A stretch of 64,000 bases of DNA from an uncultured Myxococcales bacterium (GTDB lineage Bacteria > Myxococcota_A > UBA9042 > CAIXZC01): NCBI GenBank assembly GCA_964626565.1, contig CAZVFX010000003.1, forward strand, positions 45,906 to 109,905. The letters run 5' to 3'. Position 1 is the first letter of the stretch. The number at the start of each line of letters is the position of its first letter. Under the pieces are notes generated by a model that was not told the origin of the DNA, ran no database searches, and worked only from the letters and a program-made list of their open reading frames with translations. Of the stretch, positions 9,568 through 17,395 are shown piece by piece. A program made the position numbers and the translations under genes.

Positions 9568-10569
9568 CTAACCTCCTGCAAGCATGCTGTAGTTGGATGC
9601 CTGGCCCGCGGAGACGATGATCGCGCGCAGGGCCAGCCCTCCGGCGAGGACCAGCAGCGGAGCGAGGATGCTGCGTCTTCCGGCGTGCTTCAGTTCAAAT
9701 ACCTCGAGTACGGTGGGGGCGAGAATCCCAACCAGAACCACGAGGCCGAAGAACGCACCTGCGTAGGGGCCGGCCAGCAACAGCTTTGCGGCCATTCGGT
9801 CGATGGCTGAACCGGTAGCTTTCTCCAGTAGAAACAGGCACAGGACCAACGCCTCGAGCGCCAGCGCGGCAAGGTCCCATTTCAGCAAATCGCGAAAGGT
9901 GCCGGAGTTCACTTTCCAGAGCATCATCAACGCCGCAGCGCCTGATATTCCGGAGAGTAGAAACAGGGGCGCCAGCAGCCCGGTGCTCCACAACGGCCTG
10001 GCGGTAAGAGTCTGGAGCAGTACTCCGGTGTAGGCGCCCAGGGCGATTCCCACTCCTGCAATTGCGAGCAGGACGGCCCTTTGGTGCTCGACGGACCATT
10101 TGCGCACTCCTCGGAGCAGCCGCAGCAGCGGGACCTTCTTCGTGAGGCGGTCGGTCTGCTCATCGGCCAACGACCCAAGAAACCAAAGGCCCAGAAGAGG
10201 GTACGCAAGCATTAGAATCCAGGAACCCCACGACATGGGCGACATGGGCTTGAACGCCAGGTAGAACCGCGGCACGTAAGCCTTGTGTGCGAGGTCCAGG
10301 AACAGAGCCAGCATACCCAGGGACAGCAGGCCGGCGGCGACTGCTGACCCCCACAATGACAGTCGGCGCTCCCACCGCCCGTTGCCGCGCAACTGCTGGA
10401 TCGCGCCGACCACCATGATGCCGGCCACCAGGCCGCCGAGGAACAGGTAGACGGGGATCTCCCAGTTCCAGATGGCCAGCGTCGGATCGATACCGGAGTT
10501 GGTGCGGACCGTGTGTAGCTCGGACGTAGGCCCGGCGCTGACGCTCAGGGTGCTGATGGTGCCAAGCAT
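9568..10569 (-). CDS. NrfD/PsrC-family membrane anchor subunit of a molybdopterin oxidoreductase
   Basis: DPTLAIWNWEIPVYLFLGGLVAG is the NrfD/PsrC signature; about eight TM helices. Confidence 0.8.
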   Translation of the reverse strand: MLGTISTLSVSAGPTSELHTVRTNSGIDPTLAIWNWEIPVYLFLGGLVAGIMVVGAIQQLRGNGRWERRLSLWGSAVAAGLLSLGMLALFLDLAHKAYVPRFYLAFKPMSPMSWGSWILMLAYPLLGLWFLGSLADEQTDRLTKKVPLLRLLRGVRKWSVEHQRAVLLAIAGVGIALGAYTGVLLQTLTARPLWSTGLLAPLFLLSGISGAAALMMLWKVNSGTFRDLLKWDLAALALEALVLCLFLLEKATGSAIDRMAAKLLLAGPYAGAFFGLVVLVGILAPTVLEVFELKHAGRRSILAPLLVLAGGLALRAIIVSAGQASNYSMLAGG

Positions 10570-10580
10570 GATAATCCCTC

Positions 10581-11126
10581 CTACACTAGAAAGAAGAGGT
10601 TGGGGTCCATGCCCGTTTCGGGATGGAGGGTTTTCACTCGTCGCGAGTGCGCCAGTTTGGACACCTCGCTGTCGGGGTCTGCCAGATCACCAAAGGTGAG
10701 GGCCCTGGTCGGACAAGTTTCCACGCAGGCGGGTAAGCCGCCCTTTTCTACCCGGTGGAGGCAGAAGGTGCACTTGTCCACGTACCCCTCGGGATGAACG
10801 AACCGTGAATCGTAGGGGCAGGCGGCCATGCACGCCTTACAGCCGCTGCACTTCCGGTGCGTTACCAGCACAGCCCCGCCGTCGGACTTGTGGCTGGCGC
10901 CGGTGGGGCAGGCCTGTACGCAACCGGGCTTGTCACAGTGATTGCAACGGGTAGAACGAATCTCCAGATTTATGTCCGGAAAATCCCCCTCTGCCTCCTC
11001 GACTATCCAATCCCTGTAGCACCCCAGAGGAACTGCATTTTCAGTCTTGCACGCGATGACGCAGGCGCTGCAACCGACGCAGCGTCTGGTGTCGACGGCC
11101 ATGGCGTATCGCTTTTGCTTTCCCAT
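10581..11126 (-). CDS. 4Fe-4S ferredoxin-type electron-transfer subunit (PsrB/PhsB/DmsB-like)
   Basis: Four CxxCxxCxxxCP clusters: RCVGCSACVIAC, CNHCDKPGCVQACP, CSGCKACMAACP and CTFCLHR...CVETCP. Confidence 0.85.
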   Translation of the reverse strand: MGKQKRYAMAVDTRRCVGCSACVIACKTENAVPLGCYRDWIVEEAEGDFPDINLEIRSTRCNHCDKPGCVQACPTGASHKSDGGAVLVTHRKCSGCKACMAACPYDSRFVHPEGYVDKCTFCLHRVEKGGLPACVETCPTRALTFGDLADPDSEVSKLAHSRRVKTLHPETGMDPNLFFLV

Positions 11127-11129
11127 GAT

Positions 11130-13340
11130 TTATGCCCTCTCCATGCGCACGAAGTTCACGTTCATGCCGGTCCCGCCCATAATCGGGTCCACCTTGAAGC
11201 GGGTAACGAGGTCGCTGTCGCTGGCGCCTTTCCCGTAGGCGTGTTTCAGTTGCTTCTGCTGCGTGCCCCAGCCGTGCACCATGTAGACGCAGTCCCGTCG
11301 GATGCGACGGGTGGCCCGCACTTTGATGGGCCCAGCCCTCGCATCATCCTGGTTCACAACCATTACCCGCTCGCCATTCTCGACGCCCGCCTCCTTGCAG
11401 ACGTCAACATTCACCCACAACTCGTTCTCCGGAAAAGCCTCGCACAACAACTTGTTGTTGACGGTGCGGCCGAACGAGTGAGTAGGCGCCCTTCCGAACA
11501 GCAGGCGGTACATGCCGGGAGGCGGTTCCTCGTGCGGCTCGAACTGAGGCATCGGGTCGAACCCTGCATCTTTCAGTTGTTGGGAAAACAACTCGATCTT
11601 GCCCGAAGGCGTATCAAACGTCAGCTCCAGCCCGTCCTCCTCGAACGCCGGCTCTTCTTTACCACGCAGTACACCGGTCTTTCGCAACTCTTCACAGTCG
11701 TAGCCCGCACTTTTGACTCGATGCATTGCGTACTCGACGCTATCCGCCCACGGGAAGTAGTCATCCAGACCGATACGATGCGCCACCTCCCTGGCGATCC
11801 ACCAGCCCGGACGGGAGTCGTACATGGGCTGGACCACCGGCTGCCGGATGGCCAGGTACGGGACCTTGTAGCTGGGAACGTGGATATCGTCACAGCGTTC
11901 AAGATATGTCGATTCGGGGAGCACCACATCGGACCAGCCGCAGATCTCGGCGGGAAGAACGTCCACCGTGACGATAAAATCCAGCTCCTGGATCGCTTTG
12001 TGCACCCGTGCTGCGTCGGGTAGTGATTTGACCAGGTTGGTGCCGTACACAAACCAGCCCTTGATGTCGTACTCGGCGGTGTCCGGAACACTGGCGTCAC
12101 ACAGACCCTGGGCCAACACTTCGTCGGCCAGGGGATAGCCGGAGCCCTTGGGCATGTCGGCTGGAGGGCTGGCCGGGGGAGAGTATTTTGTGTAGGGGTA
12201 CTTTGGTACATCGAGGCGTGAGGGGTAGTAGAAACCGCCTTTTCTACCCCACGCGCCCAGCAGCGCATTGAGCATCGCCTTGGCGCGTTCACGCTGCGCG
12301 TCGTCACCGTACCAGGTAGTGCGCCGTCCCGGATAGACCACCGATGCGGGCTTGAAACCCGCGATGAAGCGGGCAGTCTCCACGATAAGTTCCGGCCGGA
12401 TGGTGGTGTGGGTGTAGGCCCACTCCGGCGTCTTGTCCGACAGGTGTTTCTTTAGCTCGTCCAGACCCAATGCATGCTTCTCGAGGTAGTTGGCGTCGTA
12501 CAACCCCTCCTTCACGATAACGTGCATCCACGCCAACAGCAGCGCGATGTCGGTGCCGGGCTTAATGGGCAGCCAGTATTTCGCTTTGGAGGCTGCCACC
12601 GAGTGGCGGGGGTCCACCACCACCAGGCCCGCACCATTGCCCAGCGCCTCGGCGAATTCCTGCACCTGGGTGTTGTGCATGTTCTCGCCCAGGTGGGCGC
12701 CGATGAGAGTGATGCAGCGGCTGTTGGCCAGGTCCACACGCTCCGGAGAAGCCACTATGCCGCCGAAAGTAAGGTTGAAGCCCACCTCTCTAGGACCCCG
12801 GCACTGCGCATAAGAGGGCGCCGAGATGTTCGGCGACCCGTAGGACTTCATCAGGTGCTTGAACCAACTCCCGCCATAGCCGTGCAGGAAGAGGGCGAGG
12901 GCCTCGGGACCATGCTCGTCGCGGATCTTCAACATCTTGTCCGCCACCAGATCCAACGCCTCATCCCACTCTGCCTCCCTGAAGACCTGCTCGCCCCGCT
13001 TTGTCGAGGTGCGGATCAACGGCTTCTTCAGCCGGTCCGGATCGTAGAGAAGCCCGGTGCCGCCCGCACCGCGGGGGCACAGGCGCCCCCGTGATAGAGG
13101 ATGATCCGGATTGCCGGTGATTTTGGTCACCTTCCCCTCTTTCACGTGGGCCAGAACTCCGCACTTCCAAAAACAGAGCTCGCAGAAGGTCGGAACCACC
13201 CAGTCTCCTGCCGTTCCCGGGTCATGGATCGGGTCTCCGTCCAGCCCCCACCAACGCGTTACCAGTCCGCTGCCCGCAGCCGCAGCCACGGAGCCGGCCG
13301 TAGCGATCTTGATGAACTGCCGTCTGGTCAATCCGCTCAT
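11130..13340 (-). CDS. Molybdopterin (bis-MGD) oxidoreductase catalytic subunit with a Tat signal; PsrA/PhsA-like polysulfide/thiosulfate-type reductase
   Basis: Twin-arginine motif TRRQFIKIATAGS and an N-terminal CxxCxxxC FeS motif (CELCFWKCG). The 736-aa length suits Psr/Phs/Ttr/Arr-family enzymes; the substrate cannot be assigned from sequence. Confidence 0.8.
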   Translation of the reverse strand: MSGLTRRQFIKIATAGSVAAAAGSGLVTRWWGLDGDPIHDPGTAGDWVVPTFCELCFWKCGVLAHVKEGKVTKITGNPDHPLSRGRLCPRGAGGTGLLYDPDRLKKPLIRTSTKRGEQVFREAEWDEALDLVADKMLKIRDEHGPEALALFLHGYGGSWFKHLMKSYGSPNISAPSYAQCRGPREVGFNLTFGGIVASPERVDLANSRCITLIGAHLGENMHNTQVQEFAEALGNGAGLVVVDPRHSVAASKAKYWLPIKPGTDIALLLAWMHVIVKEGLYDANYLEKHALGLDELKKHLSDKTPEWAYTHTTIRPELIVETARFIAGFKPASVVYPGRRTTWYGDDAQRERAKAMLNALLGAWGRKGGFYYPSRLDVPKYPYTKYSPPASPPADMPKGSGYPLADEVLAQGLCDASVPDTAEYDIKGWFVYGTNLVKSLPDAARVHKAIQELDFIVTVDVLPAEICGWSDVVLPESTYLERCDDIHVPSYKVPYLAIRQPVVQPMYDSRPGWWIAREVAHRIGLDDYFPWADSVEYAMHRVKSAGYDCEELRKTGVLRGKEEPAFEEDGLELTFDTPSGKIELFSQQLKDAGFDPMPQFEPHEEPPPGMYRLLFGRAPTHSFGRTVNNKLLCEAFPENELWVNVDVCKEAGVENGERVMVVNQDDARAGPIKVRATRRIRRDCVYMVHGWGTQQKQLKHAYGKGASDSDLVTRFKVDPIMGGTGMNVNFVRMERA

Positions 13341-13344
13341 GGTT

Positions 13345-13650
13345 CTATCCCTCTTTTTTGCAATCCGTCACGCAAGCGATGAGGTTTCTAAGCCCCTGTT
13401 CCTTGATGGAATAAGTCGCGCGCCCGCCGGTACGGTCAACGTGGACCAGCCCCACCATCCTCAACACCGCAAGGTGCTGGGAAACAAGGCTCTGCCTGAC
13501 GTCGAGTCGCTGACAAAGCTGACTCACGGTCTGCGGGTCCTCGCAAAGTGCAGCGATACTTCTGAGCCGCAACGGGTGAGCGACCGCCTTCAACATCTCG
13601 GCCAACTGCTGAGCCCTTTCGAGGTCTTCAACTATGTTGCTCTTTGCCAT
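13345..13650 (-). CDS. ArsR/SmtB-family transcriptional regulator, first gene of the operon
   Basis: LAEMLKAVAHPLRLRSIAALCEDPQTVSQLCQRLDVRQSLVSQHLAVLRMVGLV is the ArsR HTH signature; a 4-nt gap separates it from psrA. Confidence 0.8.
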   Translation of the reverse strand: MAKSNIVEDLERAQQLAEMLKAVAHPLRLRSIAALCEDPQTVSQLCQRLDVRQSLVSQHLAVLRMVGLVHVDRTGGRATYSIKEQGLRNLIACVTDCKKEG

Positions 13651-13651
13651 A

Positions 13652-13725
13652 ACATCCCCTCATTGCGATATCGCCATATTGCGATGTCGCAAGTAATTTA
13701 TACGCAGGGCGGCAAAGACTGTCAA
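13652..13725 (-). promoter_or_regulatory. Near-consensus sigma70 promoter (TTGACA-17-TATAAA on the minus strand; + coordinates 13720-13725 and 13697-13702) followed by palindromic operator sites GCGATATCGC and TTGCGACATCGCAA before the arsR-family start
   Basis: Read from the reverse complement: cccTTGACAgtctttgccgccctgcgTATAAAttacTTGCGACATCGCAAtatgGCGATATCGCaatgaggggatgttATG. Confidence 0.55.
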
Positions 13726-13735
13726 GGGTTTTTTT

Positions 13736-14725
13736 CTAGGCCAGCATTTCGAACTGTTGAGAAAGCCCGGGAGTCAGGTGTTCCAACGCCGCGGTGCCGT
13801 CGACGGTGAAGGTGAAAGACGAGCCACCCTTGCGGCGGCGGGAGAGCTGGAAATTACCGTTGGATATCATGGAATTGAGGCACGATTTCACGCGGCCGTT
13901 GGGCTGAACGTACTTGAGGCCCGCCACATACTCGGGCTCAGCGTCGAACTCTCCGTTCAGCACCCACTCCCGATTCTGCATCGTGAATTGCCAGTGCCCG
14001 ACTGACACGTCAGCCTTGGCCCTGAGCCAGCATTGAGGCCCTGCAAAGGAAATCTCTTCGCCATCCAGCAGCACCTTGCCCAGGGTCAGGTGCCGGCTGC
14101 CGAGGGAAAGGCTCGCCCCCTCGAAAAAGAATTTTCGACCCGACCCCTCCCCTAGCATGCGAGCCTGTGCCCACGTGTAGGCGGTTGAGTGAAAATGTCC
14201 CCAGTTGTGCCCGACGCTCAGCGGATAATCCGCGAACTGAAACCGCTTTTTGCCAACGGTCAGTTCCCCGGTTGCCAGACCTTCCGGAACCGGGCTCGTC
14301 AGCTTGGTTGTGGGGAGGAGCGGGGTCTTTGAAAAGGAGGGACTGACGATCATGGAGTTCGAGAGGGCGGAGAAACCAAAATCCCACCTGGCCTCACCAC
14401 CGCCGAGAGTGCCGGAAGCGCGGTCCCGGGTCAGAGTGTTGTCCCCCATGAAGATCGCCGCGTCGGCTTCTCCGATGCGCCAGTCTTTATTGCTGAGGAC
14501 CTGTTTCCAAGCCGACACTTTGCGCCCGGTGACGGCATCCCGGTCAAAGAAGATGAACCAGCACTCCGGCAACGGCTCACCACCGCCCCTGCGGATGAGG
14601 AACGTGTACTTGATCCAGGCCGCCCACTTTCCGGAAGGGTCATTCAGTTTGAGGAAGTAAGATTCGACGAGCCCCAGCTTGTATGCCGGGTCGAGAACTG
14701 CCGGAGTCCAGTAGTCAATTGCCAA
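13736..14725 (-). CDS. Hypothetical cytoplasmic protein (329 aa) with a TTG start and no recognisable family
   Basis: Uninterrupted ORF with balanced composition. No signal peptide. I recognise no motifs. Confidence 0.45.
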   Translation of the reverse strand: MAIDYWTPAVLDPAYKLGLVESYFLKLNDPSGKWAAWIKYTFLIRRGGGEPLPECWFIFFDRDAVTGRKVSAWKQVLSNKDWRIGEADAAIFMGDNTLTRDRASGTLGGGEARWDFGFSALSNSMIVSPSFSKTPLLPTTKLTSPVPEGLATGELTVGKKRFQFADYPLSVGHNWGHFHSTAYTWAQARMLGEGSGRKFFFEGASLSLGSRHLTLGKVLLDGEEISFAGPQCWLRAKADVSVGHWQFTMQNREWVLNGEFDAEPEYVAGLKYVQPNGRVKSCLNSMISNGNFQLSRRRKGGSSFTFTVDGTAALEHLTPGLSQQFEMLA

Positions 14726-14793
14726 TTTTCAATTCCCAATTCTCAATGAAAAGTTTCTTACCCTGGACCCTGACCCTGGACCCTGGACCCCTG
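14716..14793. repeat. Two adjacent 7-nt tandem repeat arrays: (CAATTNN)x5 at 14716-14750, spanning the TTG start and 5' leader of ORF 13736..14725, and (CCCTGGA)x5 at 14759-14793
   Basis: Read directly: caattgc caatttt caattcc caattct caatgaa ... ccctgga ccctga ccctgga ccctgga cccctg. Confidence 0.5.
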
Positions 14794-14827
14794 CCGTCGG
14801 CCCCTCGCTCGCTCTCGGGGTAAGGGA

Positions 14828-15937
14828 TCATTTGCACTTGTAAGCCATGAACGTCATGTCGAACTGGCAAGTCTTGTTGAGCAGGTCGCAATCGTCCACG
14901 TAGAGGATGTTGTTACTGCAGAACCACAGTTCGTTCTCTATGCACTCGCCCTTGTCGGTGATCCAGCCACACTCGGCCAGTGCCACGGGATAGCAGGTGC
15001 CGGCTTCGCATTCCCAGCCCAGAGGGCAGGTGCCGCACTCGCCGTAACACCCGTCGTAGCCGCACTGCTTGGGAGTCCCATCATCCCAGGTACACTGGGG
15101 CACGCACCCTTCGGAGCATACGAATTTCTGCGAGGGGCCATCCCACTTACAGTAGTAATCTTCGCCAAAGGATTGGCAAGGCGTTTCGACCAGGATGCCA
15201 TCCAGGCACTCCTGGAGAACGTTGTTCTCGGTGCAGGCGCCGGCTTCCTTGTCGATAGCTCCGCAGGGGTCATCTTCGCACATGCCGGTCAACTCGTTGC
15301 ACAGGAACGCGATGCCGCAATAACCGCAGCTACCGCCGCAACCGTCCGGACCGCACTCCTTTCCCTCGCAGTTGGCGATGATATCGCAGTCCCAATAGCA
15401 CAACCCATCGTCGCCGCAGGTGAAGTTGTCCTCGCAGCCGGGTGGGCAGGTCCCGTAACAACCGTCATCCCCGCATTTCTTGCCTTCGCATTTCGGGACG
15501 CAGACTGATTCGCAGACGCCCAGGACACACTGGTGCTCGTAGTCGCAATAGCCGCAAATGCTGCCACAGCCGTCTTCGCCACACTCCTTGACCGTCCCCG
15601 CGGGGTAGTCCGGGTTTTCACCTTCCTTCAAGGTGCACTGGGCCACACAGCCGTCAGGGCCGAGGTCCTCCGGCCACACGAATTCGTCCTGTAGCTCCTG
15701 AACCTCCAGGTCGGGCAGCTCCGCACCGTCGGGCAGCGGGGCCACCGCGTCTTCTCCCAACTCCGGAGTCACATCCTCGATCAGCTCGAAGACGTGAGAA
15801 GGCACGTCAGGGGGCGCGGGCAGGTCGGGGCCGGTGTCAGGCTTTACCGGTTCGGGCCCGCTGTTGCCGCTGTCGTCGCCACAGGCAGCCAGGAAAAAGG
15901 CAATCATCGTCATTGCCAGAATGAGTGAACATCTCAT
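14828..15937 (-). CDS. Cysteine-rich secreted lipoprotein (369 aa) with CEGKxCGxDGCxGxCG modules
   Basis: Lipoprotein signal MRCSLILAMTMIAFFLAACGDDSG; a Pro/Asp-rich linker; CEGKKCGDDGCYGTC and CEGKECGPDGCGGSCGYCG motifs. The C-terminal about 90 aa are paralogous to the C-terminus of ORF 15962..17146. Confidence 0.75.
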   Translation of the reverse strand: MRCSLILAMTMIAFFLAACGDDSGNSGPEPVKPDTGPDLPAPPDVPSHVFELIEDVTPELGEDAVAPLPDGAELPDLEVQELQDEFVWPEDLGPDGCVAQCTLKEGENPDYPAGTVKECGEDGCGSICGYCDYEHQCVLGVCESVCVPKCEGKKCGDDGCYGTCPPGCEDNFTCGDDGLCYWDCDIIANCEGKECGPDGCGGSCGYCGIAFLCNELTGMCEDDPCGAIDKEAGACTENNVLQECLDGILVETPCQSFGEDYYCKWDGPSQKFVCSEGCVPQCTWDDGTPKQCGYDGCYGECGTCPLGWECEAGTCYPVALAECGWITDKGECIENELWFCSNNILYVDDCDLLNKTCQFDMTFMAYKCK

Positions 15938-15961
15938 GGGGAGAACCTCCGCACAGCTCGG

Positions 15962-17146
15962 CTAGAGTATGCAGTTATACCCTCCGGCTCCGAAATTGGC
16001 GCCGAAGTCCCAATCACACTTGGTGAAACCGTTCTGTACGCAATCATAGCCGTACAAAATCCCTTGCTCGCAGAACCACCTTACGTCTCCGACGCACAAC
16101 CCGACGACGCCGTCGATCCAGGCACACTCTCCACCTTCCGCCGGCTTGCAGATCCCGCTGGCGCATCCCCATCCGGTGGGGCATACACCGCAGCTCCCCC
16201 AGCAGCCGTCGTCGCCGCACTCTTTGGCCGAACCGTCGTTGAACGTGCATTGGGGGTCGCAGTCGGTTTCAGGTACGCATTCGTACTTGCCGGTATCCTG
16301 GTTCCAGCCGCACATGTGGTCTTTAATCGACTTGCAGTTGGTAACTGTCAACTCAAGTTCAATGCATTCGGCGAGGTTGTACTTGTCGTCGCACCTGCCC
16401 TTGTAGTCCACGGTGCCGCACGGGTGCGGCTCGCATAGTCCTTCCTCGCTGCAGATTTCCCCGAACTGGCAGTTTCCACAGGAGTGGCCACAACCGTCGT
16501 CCCCACACTCCTTGCCCCCGCAATCGCCGTCACACGCCTCGCCGTAGCACATGCCATTGGGCGAACACGAGGTCCCGTCCTCGAGGCAGAACCCGCAGTA
16601 CCCTCCACACGCGTCGGGACCACATTCCTTCCACACCACATCGTTATCGACGGTGGTGGTGCACTCTTTCGGGCACACGCTGGCCTCACAAACTCCGTCG
16701 GCGCAGACGTATCCATACGCGCAATACCCGCAGATACCATCACAGCCGTCGGAGCCACACTCCTTGCCGGAGCAGTTCTTCATGCACGGGCCGACATCTT
16801 TGTCGGGCTTGGTGTCGATTTCGGGCTTCACTTCGGGTGCGGACTTGTCTTCGGCAACGTCCGGAATGGAGAAGTCGGCGTCCCCCACATCGGGCACAAT
16901 CACGGTTCCGTCGTCGGTGGTTTCGACATCCGTCGGGGAACCGGGCTTCTCACCGGAGTGGACCTCCTCAGGGCCTATGATGACAGTAAGGGTGTCATCA
17001 TCCTTGACGTCCACCAGAGGCATCTCACCGTCCGAGAAACCGGAAGGCGTCGTGGTCGTATCTGCAGAGCAGGCGGCAAGCCCAGCGGTGACAAGCAGCG
17101 CCATCAGCAGGCAGAATCTGTGGGTCATATCGTCTCTCCTACGCAC
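15962..17146 (-). CDS. Cysteine-rich secreted lipoprotein (394 aa), paralogue of ORF 14828..15937
   Basis: Signal LLMALLVTAGLAACSAD; a Thr/Asp-rich linker; the modules CSGKECGSDGCDGICGYC and CGGKECGDDGCGHSCGNC; a C-terminal domain shared with the downstream paralogue. Confidence 0.75.
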   Translation of the reverse strand: MRRRDDMTHRFCLLMALLVTAGLAACSADTTTTPSGFSDGEMPLVDVKDDDTLTVIIGPEEVHSGEKPGSPTDVETTDDGTVIVPDVGDADFSIPDVAEDKSAPEVKPEIDTKPDKDVGPCMKNCSGKECGSDGCDGICGYCAYGYVCADGVCEASVCPKECTTTVDNDVVWKECGPDACGGYCGFCLEDGTSCSPNGMCYGEACDGDCGGKECGDDGCGHSCGNCQFGEICSEEGLCEPHPCGTVDYKGRCDDKYNLAECIELELTVTNCKSIKDHMCGWNQDTGKYECVPETDCDPQCTFNDGSAKECGDDGCWGSCGVCPTGWGCASGICKPAEGGECAWIDGVVGLCVGDVRWFCEQGILYGYDCVQNGFTKCDWDFGANFGAGGYNCIL

Positions 17147-17295
17147 CGACTTTCAGTAGTATACAGTAGTTGCCGTTGTTGCTCAACAACGCCTTTGGCC
17201 GTAGATATCCCAAGCCAATGAGCAGCTCCGGAGGAGCAAGAGCCAATAGGCCACATCGCTAGCTGTGGGAAACCAGTTGCATCGGCCGTTCCATT

Positions 17296-17370
17296 CCTCC
17301 CCGGGCTTCCGGCCGGGGCTAGTGGCTAGCGTGCCCTGCGGGGCCTGGTTCGGAGGTTGGAGATCGAGAG
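17296..17370 (-). promoter_or_regulatory. Copy 1 of a conserved ~75-nt GC-rich structured intergenic element, about 25 nt after the giant-gene stop and about 170 nt before the next gene start
   Basis: About 85% identical to 23279..23356. It contains a hairpin GCCC-GCA-GGGC (GCCCC-CGT-GGGGC in copy 2, a compensatory change) and a CCCCGG...CCGGGG stem. Confidence 0.5.
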
Positions 17371-17395
17371 GAATGCAGACGGAATTTGATGGCGG

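Noticed and set aside
10857-12023. 388-aa plus-strand ORF, plus 12474..13094 and 13111..13809
   Set aside because: They are antisense to, or overlapping, the molybdopterin oxidoreductase catalytic subunit and ArsR genes, which have clear family motifs.
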